From an uncultured Acidiferrobacterales bacterium (GTDB taxonomy: Bacteria > Pseudomonadota > Gammaproteobacteria > Acidiferrobacterales > UBA6901), in NCBI GenBank assembly GCA_964368085.1, contig CAYJBG010000003.1, forward strand, positions 1 to 49,065: a DNA stretch of 49,065 nt, in the 5' to 3' direction. The notes below the pieces were generated by a model, which saw only the letters and a program-made list of their open reading frames with translations, was not told where the DNA came from and made no database searches. This document shows, piece after piece, positions 8,393 through 17,916 of the stretch; within the stretch, counting starts at the first letter, position 1, and each line of letters begins with the position of its first letter. Made by a program: the position numbers and the translations under genes.

Positions 8393-9916
8393 ATGACTGA
8401 TAACTTCTACGCCCTGCTGGCCACCCGCTTCCGGACGCAGTCCGCCACCGTGGCGCTCGAAACCCCGGGCGGGGAGCACTTCACCTATGCCGATCTCGAC
8501 CGGGAAACCGCGCGCTACGCGCGGCTGCTTGGCGCGCTCGGCCTCAAGCGCGGCGAGCGCGTGGTCGTACAAATCGAGAAGTCGCCGGCGGCGCTGTTCT
8601 TTTACCTCGGCTGCCTGCGCGCCGGGCTGATCTACGTCCCGCTCAACACCGCTTACCGCGACCTCGAACTGGAGCACTTTCTCGACGACGCCGAGCCGGC
8701 GCTGGTGGTGTGCGCGCCGGAACGCCTCGCCGCCCTGCGAGTGCTGACCGCCGCGCGCGATATTACCGCTGTGCACAGTCTCGATGCCGCGGGTCGCGGC
8801 AGCCTCTACGAGGCGGCGCGCGGCTGCGATCCGCGCGCGCAGGTGGAAGCGGTTGGCGCCGAAGACATCGCAGTGATTCTCTACACCTCCGGCACCACCG
8901 GCCGTCCCAAGGGCGCAATGATCACGCATGGCAATCTGGCGTCGAATGCGACGACGCTGCACCAGGCCTGGGGGTTCCGCGACGGTGACGTGCTATTGCA
9001 CGCCCTGCCGATTTTTCACATTCACGGCTTGTTCGTTGCCTGTCACACGGCGCTGCTCAATGCCAGCACCATGCTGTTCCCGCCGAAATTCGACGCGGGC
9101 AGCGTGATCGCGCAACTGCCGCGCGCCAGCGTGTTCATGGGCGTGCCCACCTATTACACGCGCCTGCTCGCGGAACCCGCGTTCGGCCGGGAGGCGTGCC
9201 GGAACATGCGGCTGTTCACCTGCGGCTCGGCACCGCTGCTGCCGCAGACCTTCCACGAATTCGAGCAGCGCACCGGCCACACCATTCTCGAACGCTACGG
9301 CATGACCGAGACCGGCATGAACACCTCCAATCCGCTCGACGGCGCACGCCGGCCCGGCACGGTCGGACCGCCGCTGCCGGGCGTGCAGGTGCGCATCGCG
9401 GACAGCCGGGATAACGACCTGCCGGCCGGCGAAACCGGCCAGCTGCTGGTGAAGGGCGCGAACGTCTTCAAGGGCTACTGGCGCCTGCCGGAAAAATCCA
9501 CCGAGGAATTCACCGCCGACGGCTTTTTCCGCAGCGGCGACCTGGCGCGCATGGGTACCGACGGTTATGTCGCGATCGTCGGCCGCGCCAAGGATCTGAT
9601 CATCTCCGGCGGCTTCAACATCTACCCGAAGGAGATCGAGGGCTATCTCGACAATCTCGACGGCGTGCTCGAATCCGCTGTGATCGGCGCGCCACACCCG
9701 GACTTCGGCGAGACAGTGATTGCGGTGATCGTGCGCAAACCCGAAGGCGCGACACTGACCGAAGCGGGCGTGATCGCCACGCTCAAGTCGCAGATTGCCG
9801 GCTTCAAGGTACCGAAGCGGGCGCTCTTCACCGACATCCTGCCGCGCAACGCCATGGGCAAGGTGCAGAAGAACCAGCTGCGCGAGCAGTACGCCAAACT
9901 GTTTGCCAAATCCTAG
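8393..9916 (+). CDS. matB: Malonyl-CoA synthetase (AMP-dependent acyl-CoA ligase)
   Basis: 507 aa from the ATG at 8393 (the track ORF starts at 8267, inside the DctP remnant). It closely follows the MatB pattern (VVVQIEKSPAALFFYLGCLRAGLIYVPLNTAYRDLELEHFLDDAEPALVVC, YTSGTTGRPKGAM). Confidence 0.85.
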   Translation: MTDNFYALLATRFRTQSATVALETPGGEHFTYADLDRETARYARLLGALGLKRGERVVVQIEKSPAALFFYLGCLRAGLIYVPLNTAYRDLELEHFLDDAEPALVVCAPERLAALRVLTAARDITAVHSLDAAGRGSLYEAARGCDPRAQVEAVGAEDIAVILYTSGTTGRPKGAMITHGNLASNATTLHQAWGFRDGDVLLHALPIFHIHGLFVACHTALLNASTMLFPPKFDAGSVIAQLPRASVFMGVPTYYTRLLAEPAFGREACRNMRLFTCGSAPLLPQTFHEFEQRTGHTILERYGMTETGMNTSNPLDGARRPGTVGPPLPGVQVRIADSRDNDLPAGETGQLLVKGANVFKGYWRLPEKSTEEFTADGFFRSGDLARMGTDGYVAIVGRAKDLIISGGFNIYPKEIEGYLDNLDGVLESAVIGAPHPDFGETVIAVIVRKPEGATLTEAGVIATLKSQIAGFKVPKRALFTDILPRNAMGKVQKNQLREQYAKLFAKS

Positions 9917-10599
9917 GCGGGGTTCCGGAAGTAGTCGTCGAACACGTGCACCGTGTAGGCGTGCGTGAGCGCACGCCGCAGCACCGGGTCGCGCAGCTCG
10001 AGCGTGATCGTCGCTCCACCTTTCGGCGGCGCGCCCAGCGTCGGCGCCGTGCCGCCAAAAAACAGGCGTCCGTCCGATCGCACGCCGTCGTGGCGCGCGA
10101 CGAACTCGGCAAGCGTCGCGATCGGCAGGAGATTGGCCACGCCACCCTCCTGCAAGACTGTCTCGCCACAGCTCGCGCGCAGTTGCAGCGCGTCCCAGTG
10201 CTCCCGCACCTCGGCCAGCGGCCACGCCGTCGCGCCGACCACCTTGGGGCAGGAGTTCTTGCCTTGCAGCGAAGACGCCGCCTCGATGCGCCGGTCGGTG
10301 TGGTCGCTGCCCACGGTCACGTAATCCACGCCCTGGCACGTGAACAGGACCGCCTCCACTTCAGGCGTCGAGTCTGTTCCGATCACGCCGATGTCGGTGG
10401 CATTGGTCACGAGTGTTGGCATCAATGGATAGAGCATCGGCACATGCGGTGGGGGCTTGACGCCCATCTCCGCCATGCGTGCGATATGGCGCTGCACCTT
10501 CTCGGCGTCCCGCCCGGTCGCACCCAGGGCCAGCGCGCGCCTGACCTCCAGCGTGATGCGTTGACCTTCCGGCAGCTCGAAGGTGAGTACCGGGAACAC
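9913..10599 (-). CDS. DUF2848-like protein, 228 aa
   Basis: The pattern ..GATGRD...V..HI..M...GV..P...P.LY......T......VIG..S..EVE.VL......YVTVGSDHTDR..E......K..CPK.. matches my recollection of DUF2848. A GTG start lies 1 nt after the upstream gene's stop. Confidence 0.6.
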   Translation of the reverse strand: MFPVLTFELPEGQRITLEVRRALALGATGRDAEKVQRHIARMAEMGVKPPPHVPMLYPLMPTLVTNATDIGVIGTDSTPEVEAVLFTCQGVDYVTVGSDHTDRRIEAASSLQGKNSCPKVVGATAWPLAEVREHWDALQLRASCGETVLQEGGVANLLPIATLAEFVARHDGVRSDGRLFFGGTAPTLGAPPKGGATITLELRDPVLRRALTHAYTVHVFDDYFRNPA

Positions 10600-10600
10600 G

Positions 10601-13510
10601 TCAGGTCACCAGCGCCGCCGCCAATACCCGCGCAACATGCAACGCGTCGCGGTTCGCGCCGTCGCGAATCTGGCTGCGGCAGCTGGCGCCATCCGCCACT
10701 ACCCAGGTCTGCGCCGGGGCAGCGCGTACCGCCGGCAGCAGGTCCAACTCGCCCATGCGCATGGAAATATCGCGGTGCTCGGCCTCGTAGCCGAAGGCCC
10801 CGGCCATTCCGCAACAGCCCGATTCGATCGTCTGCACTTCCAGCCCGGGCACGAGCTGGAGCGTCTGTTGTACCGCCGACATCACTCCGAACGCCTTCTG
10901 GTGGCAATGCCCGTGCAGCAGTACCCGCTGCCCGGCAAGTCCCCGCAATGTCAGCTTTAAACGACCGGCTGTGTGCTCGCGGGCCAGGAATTCCTCGAAC
11001 AGCAAGGCCTGGCTGGCGATCGCGCGCGTCGCCTCGCCGGCAATCAGGGCCGGTATTTCGTCGCGCAGCGACAGCAGGCAGGACGGTTCGAGGCCGACAA
11101 TCGGCACGCCGCGCGCCGCGAACGGCGCGAGCACATCGATCAGCCGTTGCGCCTCTTCCCGGGCTTGTCCCGCGAAGCCCGCAGTCAGGAACGTACGCCC
11201 GCAGCACAACGGGCGCCCGCCATCCCGCGGCTGCGCCAGGTGCACGCGGTAGCCCGCGGCCTGCAACACGGCAAGCGCCGCACGCGCGTTCTCCGGTTCG
11301 AACCAGGTGTTGAATGTGTCGATCCACAACACCACTTCTCCCGCAGCGCCGTCGGCGCGCGGCACGTCGTGCGCCTGCGCCCCAAAGAAATCCCGCCGCC
11401 ATAGCGGCAGCCCGCGCTTTGCGCTCAAGCCCAATAGCCGTTCGCTCAGCCAGGCGACACCCGGAATGCGATCGCGCAAGTTGAACAACCACGCCAGCCG
11501 CGCCGCCACCGGCGCATAGCGCGGCAGCCAGGCGATCAGGCGCTCGCGCAGGCGCGGCGCATGCCGCTTGCGGTATTGGTGCATGAACTCGATCTTCATG
11601 CGCGCCATGTCGACACCGGTCGGACACTCGCGCTTGCAGCCTTTGCAGCTGATGCACAGCGCCATGGTCTCGTGCATCTCCGCGGACACCAGCGCGTCGC
11701 GCCCGAGCTGCCCGCTGATCGCCAGCCGCAGGGTGTTGGCGCGTCCGCGCGTGACATGCTGCTCGTCGCGCGTCACGCGGTAGGACGGGCACATGACGCC
11801 CGGCTCGGCCTTGCGGCAGGCGCCATTGTTGTTGCACATCTCGACGGCGCCGGCAAAGCCACCCCACGCCGACCAGTCGAGCACGGTCTCGAAAGATTGC
11901 GACTGGTATTCGGGCTTGTAACGGAACAGCCGCCGGTCGTCCATGCGCTCCGGACGCACGATCTTGCCGGGATTGAACAGCCCGGTCGGGTCGAAGACGT
12001 CCTTCACTTCCTCGAAGGCGCGCACAATCTGCGCGCCGAACATGCTTTCGTGAAACTCCGAGCGCGCGATCCCGTCGCCATGTTCGCCCGAGTGCGAGCC
12101 CTTGTACTCGCGCACCATGGCGAACGCCTCCTCGGCGATGGCACGCATCTTTTTCGCGCCCTGCTCGTCCTTCATGTTCAGTATCGGACGCACGTGCAGG
12201 CAGCCGACCGAGGCATGTGCGTACCAGGTGCCGGTGGTGCCGTGCTTGTGAAAGACCTGGGTGAGCCGGTCGGTGTACTCGGCCAGATCCTCAAGCGGCA
12301 CCGCGCAATCCTCGATAAACGATACCGGTTTCCCGTCGCCTTTCATCGACATCATGATGTTGAGCCCGGCCTTGCGTACTTCCCACACCGCGCTCTGGAA
12401 TTTTGGATCGATCGCCTCCACCACCGCATCCGGAAATCCGAGCTCGCCCATGAGCTCATCGAGCCGGCGCAACTGTTGTAACTGCGCGTCGTGATCCTCG
12501 CCGGCGAACTCGACCAGCAGCAGCGCGTCCGGCTGGCCGCGCACGCAGCGCTCGATGGTGGAACGATACATAGCGATGTCGCGCGACAGATCGATCATGG
12601 TGCGGTCGACGAGCTCGACCGCGCTTGGGTCGAGTTTGACGATGTGCTGCGTGGCGTCCATCGCCTGGTAGAAGCCCGGGAAATGGCAGATGCCGAGCAC
12701 CCTGTGCGGCGGTATCGGCTGCAGGTTAAGTTCCAAACGCGTGAAGAGCGCGAGCGTACCCTCGGAACCGACCAGCAATTGCGCCATGTTGTGGCCAGCG
12801 CCCTTGAGCGTGTCGATGTTATAGCCGCCGACGCGCCGCAACAGCTTCGGGAAACGCCGCGCGATCTCGCCGGCCTCGCGCTCACCGAGCGCGCGCAGGC
12901 GCCGCACGATCTGCGCGTAACGCGGATCGGCATCGAGCCCGGATAAATCGGCGGCGACCTCGGCAAACCGGTGTTCGCTGCCATCGGCCAGAAGGGCATC
13001 GATCGTACGCACGTTGTGCACCATGTTGCCGTAACGGATGGAGTGCGAACCGCAGGAATTGTTGCCGGCCATGCCGCCGAGCGTGGCGCGGTCCCCGGTG
13101 GACACCTCCACCGGGTAGAACAGTCCGTGCGGCTTGAGGAATTTGTTGAGCGGTTCGAGCACCAGCCCCGGGTCGACCGTGACTGTGCGCGCCGGCGCAT
13201 CGAACGCGAGCACACGATTGAGGTGCTTGCTGACGTCCACCACCAGCGACGCGCCGGTGGTCTGGCCGATCTGCGACGTGCCGCCGCCACGCGGCAGGAC
13301 CGTCACGCCCTCTTCGGCAGCGAGTTGCAAGGCCGCAACAATGTCGGCGCTGTGGCGCGGCACGACCACGCCGATCGGTTCGATCTGATAGATCGACGCG
13401 TCCGTGCTGTAACGCCCGCGCGCATAGGCGTCGAATAGGACTTCGCCTTCAAGCGCGCGCCGCAGGCGCGCGGCCAGGCGGTGGTGGCCATGCGCGGCCG
13501 CCGGCCTCAC
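10601..13510 (-). CDS. FAD-linked oxidase (GlcD-like) fused to an Fe-S/CCG-domain module (GlcF-like); YdiJ-type D-2-hydroxyacid dehydrogenase, 969 aa
   Basis: The N-terminal half has an FAD_binding_4 pattern (VVVPRHSADIVAALQLAAEEGVTVLPRGGGTS). The middle has two 4Fe-4S Cys clusters (CNNNGACRK..., CISCKGCKRECP). The C-terminal part carries Cys-rich CCG-like repeats. Confidence 0.85.
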   Translation of the reverse strand: MRPAAAHGHHRLAARLRRALEGEVLFDAYARGRYSTDASIYQIEPIGVVVPRHSADIVAALQLAAEEGVTVLPRGGGTSQIGQTTGASLVVDVSKHLNRVLAFDAPARTVTVDPGLVLEPLNKFLKPHGLFYPVEVSTGDRATLGGMAGNNSCGSHSIRYGNMVHNVRTIDALLADGSEHRFAEVAADLSGLDADPRYAQIVRRLRALGEREAGEIARRFPKLLRRVGGYNIDTLKGAGHNMAQLLVGSEGTLALFTRLELNLQPIPPHRVLGICHFPGFYQAMDATQHIVKLDPSAVELVDRTMIDLSRDIAMYRSTIERCVRGQPDALLLVEFAGEDHDAQLQQLRRLDELMGELGFPDAVVEAIDPKFQSAVWEVRKAGLNIMMSMKGDGKPVSFIEDCAVPLEDLAEYTDRLTQVFHKHGTTGTWYAHASVGCLHVRPILNMKDEQGAKKMRAIAEEAFAMVREYKGSHSGEHGDGIARSEFHESMFGAQIVRAFEEVKDVFDPTGLFNPGKIVRPERMDDRRLFRYKPEYQSQSFETVLDWSAWGGFAGAVEMCNNNGACRKAEPGVMCPSYRVTRDEQHVTRGRANTLRLAISGQLGRDALVSAEMHETMALCISCKGCKRECPTGVDMARMKIEFMHQYRKRHAPRLRERLIAWLPRYAPVAARLAWLFNLRDRIPGVAWLSERLLGLSAKRGLPLWRRDFFGAQAHDVPRADGAAGEVVLWIDTFNTWFEPENARAALAVLQAAGYRVHLAQPRDGGRPLCCGRTFLTAGFAGQAREEAQRLIDVLAPFAARGVPIVGLEPSCLLSLRDEIPALIAGEATRAIASQALLFEEFLAREHTAGRLKLTLRGLAGQRVLLHGHCHQKAFGVMSAVQQTLQLVPGLEVQTIESGCCGMAGAFGYEAEHRDISMRMGELDLLPAVRAAPAQTWVVADGASCRSQIRDGANRDALHVARVLAAALVT

Positions 13511-13650
13511 GCCGACCGGCCCCTGCGGGCGGGCAGACCGGCCGCCTGCAATCCCAAAAATACCGGATGGTGAAACACGGCTGCGACCTCTTTAAGATCA
13601 GGAGAAAAGGAGTCCGCTACGCCCGGGGATTATTAAAGATCGGAGCTCCC

Positions 13651-13660
13651 TTGTATACAA
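13651..13660. promoter_or_regulatory. Perfect 10-bp palindrome TTGTATACAA in the divergent promoter region (candidate GntR-type operator)
   Basis: Read directly. It lies in the AT-rich 277-bp spacer between the 13510(-) and 13788(+) starts. It fits the generic GT-Nx-AC operator logic. No cognate regulator gene is in the window. Confidence 0.3.
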
Positions 13661-13787
13661 AATACTTGCGTTATGTATTCAGTTCGCGATACTTCTACAC
13701 GCTGAAATGGACAGGTCCGCAGTGCGGCACTGGCATCCGGATGCAGCCCAGTTTGGGTCTCTGGCACGACGAATTAGAGAGGGAAAT

Positions 13788-14987
13788 ATGGCATTCCGAA
13801 GCGGGCGCCACTTTTTGCAGATTCCCGGTCCAACCAATGTCCCGGACCGAATCCTGCGGGCCATCCACCAGTCCACCATCGATCATCGCGGTCCCGGCTT
13901 CGCCCAGCTCGGGACCGAAGTCCTCGCCGGCCTGAAGCAGGTCTTCAAGACCAAAAGCGACGTCGTCATATACCCGGCTTCCGGAACCGGTGCCTGGGAA
14001 GCGGCGCTGGTGAACACACTCTCCCCCGGCGAGCGCGTGTTGATGTTCGAGACCGGCCAGTTCGCCGCTCTCTGGCAACGCATGGCCGGCGAACTCGGGC
14101 TCAACACCGAGTTCGTGCCCGGCGACTGGCGGCATGGCGCCGACCCGGACCTGGTCGAGTCAAAACTGCGCGCCGACCGCCAGCACGAGATCAAGGCGGT
14201 GTGCGTCGTACACAATGAAACCTCCACCGGCGTCACCAGCCGTATCGGCGAGATTCGCGCCGCCATGGACCGCGCCCGGCACCCGGCGCTGCTCATGGTC
14301 GATACCATCTCCTCGCTGGCCTCGATCGACTACCGGCACGATGAATGGGGTGTCGACGTGACCGTCGGCGGCTCGCAAAAGGGGCTCATGCTGCCACCGG
14401 GCCTGAGCTTCAACGCCGTCAGCGCCAAGGCGCGCGCGGCGGCCAAGCAGGCAAGGCTGCCGCGCGCGTACTGGCGCTGGGAGGACATGATCCGCGCCAA
14501 CCAGTCCGGCTACTTTCCCTACACGCCGGCCACCAACCTGCTTTACGGGTTGCGCGAGGCGCTGAACATGCTGCTGAAGGAAGAAGGTCTCGACCAGGTA
14601 TTCGCGCGCCACGCGCGCCTGGCCGAGGCCACGCGCCGCGCGGTGCGCGCCTGGGGACTTGAGATTCTCTGTCTCAATGAAGCGGAGTACAGCAACACGC
14701 TCACGGCGGTGCTCGTACCCAAAGGCCACGATGCCGACAATCTGCGCGCCACCATACTCGAACGCTTCGATATGTCGCTCGGCACCGGCCTGGGCAAGGT
14801 CCAGGGCCGGGTGTTCCGTATCGGTCACCTCGGCGACTTCAATGAACTGATGCTGGCCGGAACGCTGTGCGGTGTCGAAATGGGTCTCGCCGCCGCCGGC
14901 GTGCCGCACCGCGCCGGCGGCGTGCTCGCGGCGCTCGAATACCTCGCCGGCGCGCAGCCCGCGTCCCGGGCCGCTGCCCGGGCCTGA
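13788..14987 (+). CDS. Class-V aminotransferase, serine-glyoxylate / alanine-glyoxylate aminotransferase-like, 399 aa
   Basis: GRHFLQIPGPTNVPDRILRAI..., YPASGTGAWEAAL, HEIKAVCVVHNETSTGV and GGSQKGLMLPPGL (PLP lysine) follow the SgaA/AGXT pattern. The ATG at 13788 is preceded by GAGAGGGA. Confidence 0.85.
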   Translation: MAFRSGRHFLQIPGPTNVPDRILRAIHQSTIDHRGPGFAQLGTEVLAGLKQVFKTKSDVVIYPASGTGAWEAALVNTLSPGERVLMFETGQFAALWQRMAGELGLNTEFVPGDWRHGADPDLVESKLRADRQHEIKAVCVVHNETSTGVTSRIGEIRAAMDRARHPALLMVDTISSLASIDYRHDEWGVDVTVGGSQKGLMLPPGLSFNAVSAKARAAAKQARLPRAYWRWEDMIRANQSGYFPYTPATNLLYGLREALNMLLKEEGLDQVFARHARLAEATRRAVRAWGLEILCLNEAEYSNTLTAVLVPKGHDADNLRATILERFDMSLGTGLGKVQGRVFRIGHLGDFNELMLAGTLCGVEMGLAAAGVPHRAGGVLAALEYLAGAQPASRAAARA

Positions 14988-15061
14988 GCCGAGAAAAAAA
15001 TTCATCCCGATTCAAATTTACGAACCCCAGACATTTCGAACCACCCACCGGAGGAGCGACC

Positions 15062-16039
15062 ATGAAACGACTGTACCCGTTAGCGCTACTGGCCCTCGCG
15101 GCCCTCATCCCGCTGCCGTCCGCGGCCGATACCATTGAAATCAAGCTCGGTCATGTCGGCAGCCCGGGATCCCTGTTTGAACTCTCCTCGGAAGAGTTCG
15201 CCAAACGCGCCAATGCCAAGCTCGGCAACAAGGCCAAGGTCGTGGTGTTCGGATCGAGCCAGCTCGGCGGCGACAAGGAGATGGTGCAAAAAATGAAGCT
15301 CGGCACGATCGAAATGGCGCTCCCGTCCACGGTCATGTCCTCCGAGAGCGATCTGTACGGTGTATTCGAGATGCCGTACCTGGTCAAAGATCGCGCCCAC
15401 ATGGGCCGGATCGAGAAAGACTTTTTCTGGTCAACGCTGGCGCCCGCCGCCGAGTCCAAGGGACTGAAGGTCCTGGCGGTGTGGGAAAACGGCTACCGCC
15501 ACATCACCAACAACAAGCACCCGATCAAGGCGCCGGCCAACCTGCAAGGCATCAAGCTGCGCGTACCGGAGGGCAAGTGGCGGTTGAAGATGTTCCAGGC
15601 CTACGGCGCCAATCCGAGCCCGATGAAACTGTCCGAGGTGTTCACCGCGCTGCAAACCGGCGTGATGGACGGCCAGGAGAATCCGTTGACCCAGATTCAC
15701 AGCTCCAAATTCCAGGAGGTCCAGAAATACCTGTCGCTCACCGGCCATGTCTACACGCCGGCCTATCTGACGGCCAGCAAAAAGAAATGGGACACGCTGC
15801 CGGCGGACGTGCGCAAGATTCTCGAGGACACCGCCAGGGGAACACAGTCCTTCGTGTATGCCACGGCCCAGAAACTCGATGACGACCTACTGGGGAAAAT
15901 GAAGGCCGCCGGCGTGAAGGTCAACGAGGTGGACAAGGATGCCTTCGTCAAGGCCAGCAAACCCGTATACGAAGAGTATGGCGCCGAGGTCAAGGGCGCC
16001 AAGGAACTGATCGACAAGGCGCTGGCGCTCGGCAAATAA
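15062..16039 (+). CDS. TRAP transporter substrate-binding protein (DctP family)
   Basis: 325 aa from the ATG at 15062. It has a signal peptide (LLALAALIPLPSAA/DT) and a DctP body (IKLGHVGSPGS...). Confidence 0.9.
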   Translation: MKRLYPLALLALAALIPLPSAADTIEIKLGHVGSPGSLFELSSEEFAKRANAKLGNKAKVVVFGSSQLGGDKEMVQKMKLGTIEMALPSTVMSSESDLYGVFEMPYLVKDRAHMGRIEKDFFWSTLAPAAESKGLKVLAVWENGYRHITNNKHPIKAPANLQGIKLRVPEGKWRLKMFQAYGANPSPMKLSEVFTALQTGVMDGQENPLTQIHSSKFQEVQKYLSLTGHVYTPAYLTASKKKWDTLPADVRKILEDTARGTQSFVYATAQKLDDDLLGKMKAAGVKVNEVDKDAFVKASKPVYEEYGAEVKGAKELIDKALALGK

Positions 16040-16110
16040 TGCGTCGTTGCAACCGCCCCGCTCGAACAGCGGGGCGGGATTCTCATCCGGATGGGGGGAC
16101 AATCCAGCTT

Positions 16111-16626
16111 ATGTTGATGCGCCTGCGCACGTGGTTCGAGCGCCTGCTGGAGGTCATCGTGATGGTCTTGATGATCGCCCTGGCCGCGGAGGTCACGATT
16201 GGTGTGATCTACCGCACAATGGGTATCTCGCTCGCCTGGTATGACGAGATCGCCTCAATCCTGCTGGCCTGGCTGACCTACTACGGCGCGGCGCTGGCCG
16301 CGCTGAAACGCGCCCACATCGGCGTGCCGGGCCTGGTGCAGGCGCTGCCGCGGCGCTTGCGCCTGCCGCTGGTGCTGGTGGCCGAAGGCCTGGTGTTCGG
16401 CTTCTTCCTGTTGCTGGCGTGGGTGGGCCTTGAGGTGATGGACATGCTCGCCACCGATTTCCTCATCAGCCTGCCGGATGTGTCCAGCAAGTACACCCAG
16501 TCGGTGATTCCGATCGGCGCCGTGCTGTTTATTATCGCCCAGGCGCTCAATCTGCCGGAGACGCTGCGCGCCGCCAAGGCCGGGCATATTAAACATCAGG
16601 CCGAAGCCGTGGAGGTCAGCCAGTGA
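16111..16626 (+). CDS. TRAP transporter small permease (DctQ family)
   Basis: 171-aa 4-TM protein between the DctP and DctM genes. The start was trimmed to the ATG at 16111. Confidence 0.8.
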   Translation: MLMRLRTWFERLLEVIVMVLMIALAAEVTIGVIYRTMGISLAWYDEIASILLAWLTYYGAALAALKRAHIGVPGLVQALPRRLRLPLVLVAEGLVFGFFLLLAWVGLEVMDMLATDFLISLPDVSSKYTQSVIPIGAVLFIIAQALNLPETLRAAKAGHIKHQAEAVEVSQ

Positions 16627-17906
16627 CCATCCTGTTGCTGTTCGGCTGCGTCCTCGCCCTGGTGCTGATCAACGTACCCATCGCGGTCGCGCTCGGCGTC
16701 GTCGCCGTGGTGGCGATCGTCGTGAGCCATGGCGTCGATTCGCTGCCGAACGTGGCGCTGACCATGTTCAACGGCGCCACCAATTTTCCACTGCTCGCCA
16801 TCCCGCTGTTCATCCTGGCCGGCGCCATCATGAACGCCTCCGGCATTTCGCGCCGCCTGATCGCCTTCGCCTCGGCGGTCCTGGGTTTCATCCGCGGCGG
16901 CCTGGCCATGGTCAGCATCGGTTCCTCGATGTTCTTCGCCGAGATCTCCGGCTCGGCCGTGGCCGACGTGGCGGCCCTGGGTTCGATTCTGATCCCGGCC
17001 ATGAAGAAAAAGGGCTACCCGAAAGCCTTCGCCGCCGCGGTCATGTCGTCGGCGGCGACGCTCGCGGTCATCATCCCGCCGTCGATCCCGATGATTCTGT
17101 ATGCGGTGATGGCGGATGTTTCGGTGGTGCAGATGTTCGTGGCCGGCATCGTTCCCGGCATCCTCGGCGGCCTCGGGCTGATGGGCATGGCCTACTGGTT
17201 CGCGCGGCGCCATCACTATCCGATCGAGGAAGTCTTCCGGCTGGCGCGCGTGTGGGCCACGTTCAAGGATGCGTCCTGGGCGTTCATGCTGCCGCTCATC
17301 ATTCTCGGCAGCATCTTCACCGGCATCGTCACCGCCACCGAAGGCGCCGCGCTGGCGGTGGTCGCGGCGCTGTTCATCGGCCTCGTGGTGTACCGCGAAC
17401 TTGACTGGAAACACCTGAAAGAAGCCATGATCGAGGGTGGCGTGCAGACCGCCGTGGTGATGCTGCTGGTCGCGACTTCCTCGCTCCTGGGCGTCTATCT
17501 CACCGAGGTTCAATTACCGCAACAACTGGCCGCTTCGGTGAGCGACTACACCAGCAATAAATACGTGGTGTTGCTGTTGCTCAATATCTTGTTTCTGATG
17601 CTCGGCATGTTTCTGCATTCAGCCGCCGCCATCATCCTGGTGGTGCCGGTGGTGCTGCCCCTGGCGCTGTCGGTCGGCATCGACCCGGTGCACTTCGGCC
17701 TGATCGTCACCATCAACCTCGGCATCGGCCAGCAGACCCCGCCGGTGGCGAGCGTGTTGATGGTCGCCTGCACCATCGCCAAGGCCGACATCTGGGAAGT
17801 CACCAAGACCAACATCTACTTCATCGGCGTACTGCTCGCGGTGCTGCTGATGGTGACCTACGTCCCGATCACAGGAATGGGTCTCGTTGAGTACTTCTAC
17901 CGCTGA
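16623..17906 (+). CDS. TRAP transporter large permease (DctM family)
   Basis: 427-aa polytopic protein with typical DctM sequence. Its GTG start overlaps the DctQ stop by 4 nt. Confidence 0.9.
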   Translation: MTILLLFGCVLALVLINVPIAVALGVVAVVAIVVSHGVDSLPNVALTMFNGATNFPLLAIPLFILAGAIMNASGISRRLIAFASAVLGFIRGGLAMVSIGSSMFFAEISGSAVADVAALGSILIPAMKKKGYPKAFAAAVMSSAATLAVIIPPSIPMILYAVMADVSVVQMFVAGIVPGILGGLGLMGMAYWFARRHHYPIEEVFRLARVWATFKDASWAFMLPLIILGSIFTGIVTATEGAALAVVAALFIGLVVYRELDWKHLKEAMIEGGVQTAVVMLLVATSSLLGVYLTEVQLPQQLAASVSDYTSNKYVVLLLLNILFLMLGMFLHSAAAIILVVPVVLPLALSVGIDPVHFGLIVTINLGIGQQTPPVASVLMVACTIAKADIWEVTKTNIYFIGVLLAVLLMVTYVPITGMGLVEYFYR

Positions 17907-17916
17907 CGAAGTGCCC

